A stretch of DNA of 64,000 nucleotides from Candidatus Bathyarchaeia archaeon (GCA_049513715.1 JBEKVV010000001.1:160001-224000); one strand, 5' to 3'. Counted from the stretch's first letter, positions 1 to 9,103 are shown. Notes: generated from the sequence alone by a model not told the origin. A program made the numbers and translations.

Positions 1-283
1 GCGGATATGGCACTTGTAGACGCTGAATCTTCCCACCGTCATTAGAGACCTTATTGCCAGCAGGAAATCAAGGACTTCTAGATCGACCAATTCCTTTCAG
101 AGGTCTCAAGCACTCATTGGATATTCAGGTTTTCGAATTGACCTATGAGCCGAAGTGTCAAGATTAGAATTGGATGAGCTAGCTGTTTCGGAGAATAACA
201 GATGGCCGGAAAGACAAAGCTGCAATAGGCTGAACAGCAGCCGCTCGTCGGCTCTGTATCTGCGGTTCCCAAAAATGGGAGGT

Positions 284-436
284 TTAGAGAACGGCTGGTG
301 GAGGATTAGAGTATAATACTGGCACCGGGAACCTGTATGTGACGTAGTTCAGAGGGAAGTAGACTATAGGTAGCTGGTTGGGTGGCTGAAGTTCTACGGG
401 CGTGTAGACTGGTCTAGCGAAATACACGTATGACAT
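284..436 (-). CDS. Small Pro/Tyr/Val-rich protein, 50 aa (MSYVYFARPVYTPVELQPPNQLPIVYFPLNYVTYRFPVPVLYSNPPPAVL)
   Basis: Translated by hand (below the ORF-track cutoff). TATA-like CTTAAAT lies just upstream and a TCCCA/TGGGA hairpin follows the stop. Start context and composition match 13365..13592. Confidence 0.5.
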   Translation of the reverse strand: MSYVYFARPVYTPVELQPPNQLPIVYFPLNYVTYRFPVPVLYSNPPPAVL

Positions 437-676
437 TTCTAACACTATTCGCATTTAAGCCCAGTTTACTCGTGATAAAGGTTGTGCGAGCCGCACCATC
501 CTTCGTGCCTTTTTCATCTTGAGCTTGCAGCTATAAATCAACACGTGGCTGTCAACGGGTTTTGACTTGCGGATGCATGTTTAATGTTGGTTGTCAAAGG
601 CAAACCATCGCGTATAGGCGGATTTTTGCTTACCCCGAATGCGGCAACCGTTATGTGATTCGTAGACGGACCCTTA

Positions 677-1645
677 ATGTTCACTGAGGATTCAAGAATG
701 GAAACCGTACCAGGCCTAATGCCGGCTCCAATGGTTGTAAGTGACAGATCTAAGCCAGTCGTGATTAGGCCGCCAGAAGTGAGCTCAGCTCATGATTTCG
801 CCATGATCGCCTACATCCTGACGTTAATTCTCACTGTTCCGTGGCTCCTCATACTTGGAGTAATTGGGTACTATGGTGCCTTGAACGCCCTCTACCTGTA
901 TGGTTATGGGGCTCCATACTTCCTGCCCCCGACTGTGCCATCATCAATCATAGGGATACCGCTCATCGGGCCATTCATCGCATTTCTCGTCTTCGTCCTC
1001 ACTCCCTCGTACATTACATACTTGGGCCTAGGAATCGGTGGCCTACTAATCCTCCTAATCTTCTTGCTCATCGTCTACTTCACCACCGTACGCAACATAA
1101 ACCGGGGCCGCTACGAGAGGGCCCGCAATGCCTCACTCTTCTGGGGCGTACTGTTCCTGCTACCCGCCTTCTTCGTCATATTCTCGCCAGTACTCACCGG
1201 AAGCATCGTAGGAATACTTCCAGCGTTCTTCTTCCTGCTAGCGTGGGGAAAACTCAGTGAAGTCATCGCGAAGTACGGGCCGGTCGCGGTTCTAGGTGAA
1301 GCTGTTCCAGGAGCCCCATTCGCGGGCCCACCAGGGCCACCGCCTCCACCAATGGGACTTCCAATGCCTCCACCGATGGGTGGACCGATGGGTGGACCCA
1401 TGGGTGGACCCATGGGTGGACCGATGGGAGCGCCAATGACTGCACCAATGGGAGGACCGATGCCCGCAGGTTCGATGCCACTCGGCGGACCAATGTCAGG
1501 AGGTCCCGCACCTATGCAACCCTCTCAACCGGCGGGTGCACCTTCAAGGATTCCACTGTGCCCGACCTGCGGCAAAGACCTCTACTACGCCGCTAACCAT
1601 AGACGCTGGTATTGCCAGACCTGCGATAACCCAGGCAACCGCTAA
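677..1645 (+). CDS. Multi-pass membrane protein with Pro/Gly/Met-rich linker and C-terminal zinc ribbon
   Basis: About 5 hydrophobic segments, (MGGP)n tract, CPTC...WYCQTC. Start may be ATG 698. Confidence 0.75.
   Translation: MFTEDSRMETVPGLMPAPMVVSDRSKPVVIRPPEVSSAHDFAMIAYILTLILTVPWLLILGVIGYYGALNALYLYGYGAPYFLPPTVPSSIIGIPLIGPFIAFLVFVLTPSYITYLGLGIGGLLILLIFLLIVYFTTVRNINRGRYERARNASLFWGVLFLLPAFFVIFSPVLTGSIVGILPAFFFLLAWGKLSEVIAKYGPVAVLGEAVPGAPFAGPPGPPPPPMGLPMPPPMGGPMGGPMGGPMGGPMGAPMTAPMGGPMPAGSMPLGGPMSGGPAPMQPSQPAGAPSRIPLCPTCGKDLYYAANHRRWYCQTCDNPGNR
1376..1429 (+). repeat. 12-nt coding tandem repeat ATGGGTGGACC(G/C) x4.5 encoding MGGP
   Basis: Directly visible in the sequence. Confidence 0.9.
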
Positions 1646-1655
1646 ACCAGAACGT

Positions 1656-2507
1656 CTATCCAAACTCCCTCAATTGCTTGACACGGCCCAAGTAGGTTCC
1701 ATCGAGCAAGTGAACCTCAGCGTTATCCATGTCCACAGCCCCGGACCGAATCAAGGGTCCCAAACCTTCACTGGCATGAGCCTCTTCCATTCTTTTCGAG
1801 TTAACCGGCCGGCCTCCCAAGAAATCGTTGAAGGGCGGAACAAAGACACACCGCGAAACCTTGAGTTTCACATGAAAGTTCTCCTCTAACTGCTTTTCCA
1901 GGTCTCCCTTCGTCCTAATGCCCGCAGCTTTCAAAGTTCCCCGAAGTAGCTTTTTCGCGTCACAAGGTGCCATTACCCATGCAGGTTTCGTTAACCTGTA
2001 ACCCAAAGCATCACGCAATGTCACGGCAGGATGAAGATGGCCGAGAATTGCGGTTTCACACCCAAGTATTTCAGGCGATGGCCAAGCGTGGCCATGCAAC
2101 AACCCAAACCTACCCCAAAGTGCGATCCCCGTTGGCGAAAGTAACTCGACTTTCGACGGAGTTAACGGTTCTAGATTGCCGTCATGATTTCCAACGAGGA
2201 TCTGAACAGAGGGAACGAGTTTCACCAGGACTTCAAAGAACTCTGGAACATCTCGCCACTCCTCGAGCTCAGCCCCCGTGACGCTGTGTTTGACATCTCC
2301 TAGCATTATGAGGCGTGTGGGATGTTCTTTCTCGATTATTGCCTTGAGCCTCTGGAGCATCTTGGAGGTTTGCGAGGGAACATGAATCCCCTGCTGAGCC
2401 AATGAAACCTCCCAACCAATGTGAAGATCACCGACAACAACGACTCTCTCAGACCCTTTCCGCAGAAGCAGTGCGGGCTCAGAGCCAATTGGCTTGAGAG
2501 AACTCAA
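1656..2507 (-). CDS. Calcineurin-like metallophosphoesterase (ICC-like)
   Basis: GDLHIG, LGDVKH, GNHD, LHGH and GHLHP motifs. The ORF is open to 2561, but TTG 2507 leaves room for the tRNA promoter. Confidence 0.85.
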   Translation of the reverse strand: MSSLKPIGSEPALLLRKGSERVVVVGDLHIGWEVSLAQQGIHVPSQTSKMLQRLKAIIEKEHPTRLIMLGDVKHSVTGAELEEWRDVPEFFEVLVKLVPSVQILVGNHDGNLEPLTPSKVELLSPTGIALWGRFGLLHGHAWPSPEILGCETAILGHLHPAVTLRDALGYRLTKPAWVMAPCDAKKLLRGTLKAAGIRTKGDLEKQLEENFHVKLKVSRCVFVPPFNDFLGGRPVNSKRMEEAHASEGLGPLIRSGAVDMDNAEVHLLDGTYLGRVKQLREFG

Positions 2508-2586
2508 TTGAATTATCCTGCGAACATATGATCCGGTCTCAGACAAAAGGTTAGATAGCACTCGCGGTTTTCCACAATGACGTTGT

Positions 2587-2700
2587 AGCCCGGTGGTGTA
2601 GTGGACAGTTCAAACCCGCAGAAGCATAGAGGGCTTTGGACCCTCCGACGGGAGTTCGAATGGCATTGAAGAATGCCCGAAGGTCTCCCCCGGGCTACCA
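2587..2700 (+). tRNA. tRNA-Gln(UUG) with two non-canonical introns (D-loop 2607-2621; T-loop 59/60, 2661-2683) and encoded CCA
   Basis: Acceptor AGCCCGG/CCGGGCT, anticodon arm GAGGG-CTTTGGA-CCCTC, T arm GGGAG/CTCCC. Removing the BHB-flanked inserts gives a 76-nt cloverleaf. Confidence 0.92.
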
Positions 2701-2702
2701 AC

Positions 2703-3020
2703 CTACTTCATCTTCAATTCTATGCCAACAGTTCGCTTGATGAGTTGCGCTAGAACATCGGCTTGCGCTTTCGCCCCACCCTTTGCAGGGATGGAGACTA
2801 CAAGCGGGAACTCTTTCTTGGTCCGTTCCAAGACTGGCTGAATCCACTCGAACACTGGCTCAGTGACCATGACAAGCGAGATCGTCTCATCCGAATGCAC
2901 TCTCCTAAACACTCTCTCCGCATCCTCCCGGTCTTTAACTGCGTAGCTATTCTTTATCCCGGTCACCTTGAAATATGCCGACGTAGCCCGATCGGAAATC
3001 AGCGCGATCCTTCCCGAAAT
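2703..3020 (-). CDS. atpF: A/V-type ATP synthase subunit F
   Basis: GRIALISDRATSAYFKVTGI N-terminus, PLVVSIP and IKRTVGI C-terminus. Homology extends upstream of the GTG 2966 called in the track, so the start is probably ATT 3020. Confidence 0.85.
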   Translation of the reverse strand: MSGRIALISDRATSAYFKVTGIKNSYAVKDREDAERVFRRVHSDETISLVMVTEPVFEWIQPVLERTKKEFPLVVSIPAKGGAKAQADVLAQLIKRTVGIELKMK

Positions 3021-3053
3021 TCCTCACACTCCACTATAGCGTCCATGGGCAGA

Positions 3054-3521
3054 TTAGAATTGTCGCAGCACATCCTCACGTTCCATGATGTGCCCACAAT
3101 AGTGGCACCGTAAACGTATCGGTTCCTTCTGGTCCACGCCGAACTGTGGTTCAACAGGTTCTCTGGAATTTGATATACATGCAATGTTATCGCACTTCAA
3201 AATTCCTCTGATGTCGGGCGGAAGTTGCACAACCTTTTTCGAGACCACGCCGTAGTTTCTGATTATGTTGATTGTCGCATTTGGAGCAATCAAGGCGATT
3301 TTGTCGACCTCACCGGGCTTGAGCTCCCGATTCTGAATCTTCACAATATCCTTGTGCTGTTGCCGTTTGCTTTCCACATTCATAGCCACGCTCACAACCT
3401 CGCCGTCCTTGCCGTCGATGCCAAGGATCTTCAATACATCTAACGCGAACCCAGAGGTAATATGGTCGATGACGGAACCGTCTTCAATTTTCTTCACGTA
3501 CAGTTCTTGGCGCGCCTGCAA
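3054..3521 (-). CDS. pyrI: Aspartate carbamoyltransferase regulatory subunit
   Basis: IEDGSVIDHI, KDIVKI, CDNIACIS and RCHYC zinc ligands. Confidence 0.97.
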   Translation of the reverse strand: MQARQELYVKKIEDGSVIDHITSGFALDVLKILGIDGKDGEVVSVAMNVESKRQQHKDIVKIQNRELKPGEVDKIALIAPNATINIIRNYGVVSKKVVQLPPDIRGILKCDNIACISNSREPVEPQFGVDQKEPIRLRCHYCGHIMEREDVLRQF

Positions 3522-3592
3522 CGCTAGTCAGTTGATTAAGCCTCCCAAGAGTTATTTAACCATGAAAACCAACAAGAGGCTGGCGCTGACAC

Positions 3593-4513
3593 GTGGATTT
3601 CGCTGGGCGTGACATCGTTTCAATAAAGGATTTTTCACGTGAGGAAATTGACTTCGTTCTTCAGATGACAGATGTGGTTGAGCCTATGGCCAAGAACGGA
3701 TCGCACGGGCTCGACGGCAAGATTATGGCCACGCTATTCTTTGAGCCAAGCACCCGCACTAGGTTGAGCTTCGAATCCGCGATGTACCGCTACGGTGGCA
3801 AATGCTTGGGATTCGCGGAACCGAAGGTCGCCTCAGTTCAGAAGGGCGAAAACCTAGCGGACACGGTTCGAGTCGTGGAGAGCTATGCGGACGTTCTTGT
3901 TATTCGGCATCAGCTGGAAGGAGCCGCGCGTCTTGCGGCCGAATTCGCTTCCATACCCGTGATTAATGCAGGCACGGGTGCTGAGGAGCATCCGACACAG
4001 GCCATGCTCGACCTCTACACGATGCGTAAGGAATTTGGCAAGATTGATGGGTTGAACGTGGTTTTGGCCGGCGATCTGAGATACGGTCGCACGGTTCACT
4101 CGCTTGCATATGCACTCTCATTGTACGACATCAACCTGTACTTGGTTTCGCCTTCTATTCTTCGTATGAGGAAGGAGGTCCTTGAAGAAGTACAAGGTCG
4201 AATCAAGATTGAGGAGTTAGAGGACCTTTCGAAAGTCATGTCAAAGGCCGATGTCATCTATATGACCCGGATTCAGAAGGAACGGTTCGGGTCGCTGGAA
4301 GACTATGAGAAAGTCCGTGGGTCTTACCGGCTGACGGCTGAGGATTTGACGGTCGCGAAGCCAAACATGATCGTGATGCACCCGCTGCCTAGGGTTGACG
4401 AAATCGCGGATAGCGTGGACGGAACGCCCCATGCAAAATACTTCAAGCAAGTCTGGTATGGGTTGCTTGTCAGAATGAGCCTCATTGGATTAGTGTTGGG
4501 CGCCCTGAGCTAA
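3593..4513 (+). CDS. pyrB: Aspartate carbamoyltransferase catalytic subunit
   Basis: FFEPSTRTRLSF, HPTQ, GDLRYGRTVHS, HPLPR. Confidence 0.98.
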   Translation: MDFAGRDIVSIKDFSREEIDFVLQMTDVVEPMAKNGSHGLDGKIMATLFFEPSTRTRLSFESAMYRYGGKCLGFAEPKVASVQKGENLADTVRVVESYADVLVIRHQLEGAARLAAEFASIPVINAGTGAEEHPTQAMLDLYTMRKEFGKIDGLNVVLAGDLRYGRTVHSLAYALSLYDINLYLVSPSILRMRKEVLEEVQGRIKIEELEDLSKVMSKADVIYMTRIQKERFGSLEDYEKVRGSYRLTAEDLTVAKPNMIVMHPLPRVDEIADSVDGTPHAKYFKQVWYGLLVRMSLIGLVLGALS

Positions 4514-4577
4514 GCGGATGTGTTACCTAAGGTAACGCTTATATGACGATCTCCGCCACCATGTTCCAGGATTAGGG

Positions 4578-5336
4578 ATGCGACTCGAAATTCAACCTGC
4601 ATCGCGAAAACGTCGAGTCCTGCCCATGCACGTCGTCAACTACACTGCTTTTCGCGTAGACTTCAAAACCAAGAATGAAGAGAGCGAACTACATCTATTG
4701 GAAAAGTTCCACGCCGCGAGAGTTCTATCTCGAGGCGGCGATGTAGATACTTATGTGGAACCCATACTCTACGACCCTGAAGAGCATTCGAGAAGACTGC
4801 TGACTGCGGACCTAGTAGGTATTCAGGAGGACAACCTCACCGCTGTCTTCTGCGAAACATCACCGCCGGACGAGGCATTGATGAAGGATTTGGAGGTTGT
4901 CGACGGTGCTGAGAATTCCAAAGCGGTCGTGGTTTATCCATTCAGAGTTGATGCTGAACCTATCGATTCAAAGTTCCCTGGCGCCATTGAAAGCGGCAAG
5001 GTAGTGATTGAGCACCTGAATTGGCGCGACCGCGGATTGGAGAAGGCGTTCCGCCAAGCATTGGAACTAATGGACCTTCTGTGCAACGAAACTCGCGTGA
5101 AGATGCTGCTCTCCCTCTTGGAGCACCCACAGGGGAAGAAGCATTTCAGGGAAGACATCAATCCTAAGCTGATCTACGAGAACGTCCCACTCCTGAGAAC
5201 ACACAACATGATAGATGAGCTGTCCGACGACCTGTACGGACTAACGCCGATCGGCACGACGATTCTAGGAGAGTACCTAGCTTTCGTCGAGAAAGTGCGA
5301 GACCTTCTGGAGAAGGGAGACAAGGAAGAAGAGTAA
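4578..5336 (+). CDS. Hypothetical protein with C-terminal winged-helix (ArsR-like) domain
   Basis: 252-aa ORF. The C-terminal LCNETRVKMLLSL...YGLTPIG segment fits a wHTH pattern. Confidence 0.65.
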   Translation: MRLEIQPASRKRRVLPMHVVNYTAFRVDFKTKNEESELHLLEKFHAARVLSRGGDVDTYVEPILYDPEEHSRRLLTADLVGIQEDNLTAVFCETSPPDEALMKDLEVVDGAENSKAVVVYPFRVDAEPIDSKFPGAIESGKVVIEHLNWRDRGLEKAFRQALELMDLLCNETRVKMLLSLLEHPQGKKHFREDINPKLIYENVPLLRTHNMIDELSDDLYGLTPIGTTILGEYLAFVEKVRDLLEKGDKEEE

Positions 5337-5342
5337 ACGTAG

Positions 5343-5840
5343 GTGGTTCGTTTGAATACGATAGCTGAAGGCCTAGACAAATGTGAGAACTTTGTAGACG
5401 TATTCGAACTCGTCAAGAAGACTGCTGAGAGATCATTGGGTCAACGCCGGGCAGGTCTCATGCTCTACTTGGCCAGACTGCCGAGACACATTGGAGCGTT
5501 CCATACGATGGGGACGAATGGGATTGTGATGAACAGAAACACGTTGGACATAGTCACTCACGGCGCGCGTTCGCTGAGGGAAATCAACTCCTATGTCTAC
5601 TCGATCTTGCTTCACGAGTACCTGCACTCACTTGGGTACGTGGAAGAAAGTGATGTTCGAAAGCTAGTATACGATGTCTCACTCGACGCCTTCGGCCCAG
5701 AGCATCCAGCTACACAAATCGCCTCGAAAGGCCCAAGCGCGGTGTTCCCGGACATTGTTCTAAATGAGTCGCCGACGCAGGACCCTGAAATCGAAGTGAT
5801 CCCTGACTTAGAGGGAAGTAGCCACAGATACATCAGCTAG
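5343..5840 (+). CDS. Zincin-like metallopeptidase-family hypothetical protein
   Basis: LLHEYLHSLG (HExxH). Starts 6 nt after the upstream gene. Confidence 0.7.
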   Translation: MVRLNTIAEGLDKCENFVDVFELVKKTAERSLGQRRAGLMLYLARLPRHIGAFHTMGTNGIVMNRNTLDIVTHGARSLREINSYVYSILLHEYLHSLGYVEESDVRKLVYDVSLDAFGPEHPATQIASKGPSAVFPDIVLNESPTQDPEIEVIPDLEGSSHRYIS

Positions 5841-5846
5841 CAGAAA

Positions 5847-8120
5847 CTAGCTGGCGAGCGTGTACTCTATTCTCTTGTCCGCGCTCCGCCTCTTTGACTC
5901 GGGCCAAAGATTGAAGGGGAGGAGCCCGTAGGACGCACGGCCAATGTAGGTCAGTTTGTCAGACCCGCATTTGCCGCATTTCGGACCTGTACCCCGGTCG
6001 GTGTTGCCGCAGGCAGTACAAGCGGAGTAGTTCGACGTGTAAGTCAGGAACTTGCAGCCTGCTTGAAAGGCCGCCTCAGTAGTCTTCAGTAAACCCGAGC
6101 CCGAAGAATCTGGCGCCGTACAAATTACGCTCAAATGTCCACCTGGTGTCGCTGATTGGAATTTCGATTCAATTCTTAGCCTAATCTCAATGGGCACCTT
6201 AGCTGTGAGTGGAACGGTGGGCATATCCGTATAGTGAAACAAACCCCGTGACCCATCAGCTACAATTACTGCTCTACCATACTCTTCGATGTCCAATTCA
6301 GCAAGCCGTCCCACAGCTTCATCTCCTGGCCGCTGCGAAACGCGAATTCTCATGTCCGCTTCTTCCGAAGCATCTTTGACGAGCTTCGATGATTCCTCCA
6401 GAATCCTCAAACCGAAATCCACTGCAATCTTGTCCCGATCTATCCTCTGCCCTGTGTGAGCCTCCACCGCCTCGCTAATACCGATCAGAGACAGATTGTA
6501 GGAAGCATTCTTCTCGTAAAAGTAAGGAGCCGAGGAGCTTCCACCTGCCAGCAGAGGCAGCAGTGGCTGCTTGAGCCGTTCGCCGACAAACCTCTTCTTT
6601 GCTTTGAAGCCCTCCACACTTAATGAGATCGATTCCTTGAGTAATGCAAGGAACTTCTCATCGCTCTTTTTTGAGTTGTAAGCAATCCGTGGAAGGTTGA
6701 GGAAGATCGTATCCATGCTCCCCGTTCTAATGCAGTCCGCGTCCCAGTGGCCAGTCCAGTCGTCAGAAATCCTTAGCCCTGTCGCGGAGTAGCTGCTCTT
6801 CTCCCCGTCGCCGATTAGCTCAAAGTAGGGAACACTCCTTGAAGCTGCGAGCTCATGTGCTTTTTCCAAAATCTTCCTAGTTTTCGGGTCGTCTAGCTCC
6901 TTGTGTCTGATTCTTATGATCAGGTGGGGCTGGATTGGCGGCCTAGCCTCAGACACTGTTCGGAAGGCTTCAACGGTTGCCTCGGCCAGCCTGAAGCTCT
7001 CATCTTGGAAATCTGCGTAATGGCCGCTAACTTTTCCTCCGGGCCCAATCGCTTCCTCTTGTGAGAGGAATTCTGGCATTTCTAGGTCAATGGTGAACGA
7101 GGTACCTGATTGTGGGCTGCCTGAGGTAATGTCTCTTCTAATTGATGTGAGAAAATAGGTTAGTGCCTTCGTCGTATCATCCAATTTCCTTCCTCGAACG
7201 TACGGGGCAAGGAATGTGTTGAGATATTCGAGCGTTTGTTCACCGGAGACTTCTCCCGAACCCATGTCGAGCACTTGTCTCACCAGAGTCAAAGCTCCCT
7301 CGAATGTTTCTGGAGGCTCTGTTCCTGGAAGGCTATTGCGTAAGAAATAGCGAAGGTCATGGACGATTTCGTTTGGTTTGAGTATCCAATTCTCTAGGTT
7401 TGCGATGTGTATCGATCCTGATAGGTGTGCGTCAGCCAGCTTATGGGGTAAGCAATTCAGCAAGACATACTCGGAGAGCACGGATTTAGCGGAAGAACGA
7501 TGAACGAAGTCCGCACTTAACTGGCTATCGCCCGCATTTCGAATAAGCTGAGCGACATCATAGACGGGCATGCCGAGCCTCGTGAGTTTGTGGCGATACT
7601 CCTCCAGCCTCTTCTCGATGAGGATGGCGTTTACGAATTCGCGAATCAAAGGCGCTGTCAAGTACACAGTCCTCAACCTAATGAGGCGGTCCTCTGCTTC
7701 CGCGGCAATTTCATCAGCAATTTCCTGCGGGACACCTGCCTCCACCACAAGGGATTTGGCGATCTTGTTGCGGTGAAATTCCTCTATCGCGAGTCTGGAT
7801 GTACGAACGTAGAGTTTACCGCGCTTCACGTTCACATATTCGTCCATGTCTCTTGCGAATGAGACGATCATTCGGCCGAGTTCAGTCAGCTCGTACTTCT
7901 TTGTCTTCTTATCCAGCGTGACCAAGCCAGTGCTTGTTAGACTTCGAAGATGGTAGACGAATTTGCCAGCGTCGCGGACAGGGTCGAGCTTCAGTTGAAA
8001 CATTATTTCTGTATACTGGAGTGAGCCCTTGATCGAAAGCAGTCGCAATATTTGTAGTCGAACGGGCGCCGACGCGGCGTCAAAGATGCTGGCACCGACT
8101 CTCTCCGATGAACGTTGCAA
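5847..8120 (-). CDS. ArsR-type HTH + ATP-cone + anaerobic (class III) ribonucleotide reductase-like protein with degenerate catalytic motifs
   Basis: N-terminal VRLQILRLL...YHLRSL...YELTELG; ATP-cone ending LTAPLIREFVN; AHLSGSIHI, HDLR, RTG...LNLPRIAY, GGH; C-terminal CxxC/CxxC. Likely start TTG 8120 (ORF open to 8162). Confidence 0.9.
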   Translation of the reverse strand: MQRSSERVGASIFDAASAPVRLQILRLLSIKGSLQYTEIMFQLKLDPVRDAGKFVYHLRSLTSTGLVTLDKKTKKYELTELGRMIVSFARDMDEYVNVKRGKLYVRTSRLAIEEFHRNKIAKSLVVEAGVPQEIADEIAAEAEDRLIRLRTVYLTAPLIREFVNAILIEKRLEEYRHKLTRLGMPVYDVAQLIRNAGDSQLSADFVHRSSAKSVLSEYVLLNCLPHKLADAHLSGSIHIANLENWILKPNEIVHDLRYFLRNSLPGTEPPETFEGALTLVRQVLDMGSGEVSGEQTLEYLNTFLAPYVRGRKLDDTTKALTYFLTSIRRDITSGSPQSGTSFTIDLEMPEFLSQEEAIGPGGKVSGHYADFQDESFRLAEATVEAFRTVSEARPPIQPHLIIRIRHKELDDPKTRKILEKAHELAASRSVPYFELIGDGEKSSYSATGLRISDDWTGHWDADCIRTGSMDTIFLNLPRIAYNSKKSDEKFLALLKESISLSVEGFKAKKRFVGERLKQPLLPLLAGGSSSAPYFYEKNASYNLSLIGISEAVEAHTGQRIDRDKIAVDFGLRILEESSKLVKDASEEADMRIRVSQRPGDEAVGRLAELDIEEYGRAVIVADGSRGLFHYTDMPTVPLTAKVPIEIRLRIESKFQSATPGGHLSVICTAPDSSGSGLLKTTEAAFQAGCKFLTYTSNYSACTACGNTDRGTGPKCGKCGSDKLTYIGRASYGLLPFNLWPESKRRSADKRIEYTLAS

Positions 8121-8265
8121 CTCAATACCGCCTAGAAGGTGAATTACAAGTACTATAGGCATGGGGTTATGTTTAAAAAATTGTAGTTGCGTGCATCTCG
8201 ACAGATTACGTACAGTTTATTTGAGATTAATCAAGCCGTGGCGCCGTCGACAGCCGAGAGTGGAG

Positions 8266-8792
8266 ATGAAGAACTTGGGCGAATTGCGCATGAACGAAGC
8301 CGATTACGCGAAACTCGCAGAGCTAGAAGACGCCTTCGAAAGGAAGGACCTTGAATACTTCAAGACTTTCCTAGGAAAATCGAGTGGTCTTCCCTTGCTG
8401 TTGCGTGTTCACTCTGTCTGCATGTTAGAGCACATGGGAAACGAAGACATTGTGAAGGCACTTGGTCAGGTCTTGAGAGATGACCCTAGCCCACTAACAA
8501 GGCATGAAGCAGCCTTCACCCCGGCCAGCTAGGTTTCCGCTCAGCCGTACCAGCACTTGTTGAAGCAATGCTCGAGGACGAGAGCCCCATTGTACGGCAT
8601 GAGTCGGCGGTAGCCCTAAGCTCGATTGGGGCAGAAGATGCGCTCCCTGAACTGGAACGAGCAATCAACGATAAGAACGAGGATGTCAGCAACTCTGCTC
8701 TTATTGCCTCCGAATATTTGACCTATCTGAGTCGAAAACGTGATAGTGTCAGCAAAGTCGGAGCGACCTTGAAACCTAAGATTCGCCTATAG
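8266..8792 (+). pseudogene. HEAT-repeat (PBS-lyase/DOHH-like) protein split by an apparent 1-nt deletion near 8521
   Basis: RHEAAFT ends in one frame and GQLGFRSAVPALVEAMLEDESPIVRHESAVAL continues in the next frame. Confidence 0.75.
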
Positions 8793-8801
8793 TAAGGAAT
8801 C

Positions 8802-8984
8802 TGCTGCGCGTCGGTATGAGGCACTGGCCGCGATCGCGGAAGGATTTAAGGAAGTGGATGTTTCCTTGGGGATTAGGGGCGGTGGTCCAGACCGCGAGTC
8901 AACCCGCGTGGGGACAACTTGGTCTAAGATAGCGCGAGACGCCTTAAAACCGGTCTCGGGGCCAGTTGCCTGAAACGGCGAGCA
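8802..8984 (+). ncRNA. Candidate structured non-coding RNA, family not recognised
   Basis: A long closing helix plus three internal hairpins in an intergenic gap. G-U pairs favour the + strand. Confidence 0.55.
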
Positions 8985-9103
8985 CACCGGTGATCGAGGG
9001 TTCAAAATGATCGCAAACGATCATGACAATCCCTCCCGCCCCACCAATATGATGAGAACAAAGCCAAGATGGACGGCCTCCTTAATGGTGAACCTCAAGC
9101 TGA

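Noticed and set aside
561..688. Short ORF with CGC...YPECG resembling a zinc ribbon
   Set aside because: Incomplete Cys pattern, no clear start, and overlap with the next gene
2513..2701. 62-aa minus-strand ORF
   Set aside because: Antisense to the tRNA-Gln gene
8787..9005. 72-aa minus-strand ORF
   Set aside because: No protein-like features; the region is better explained as structured RNA
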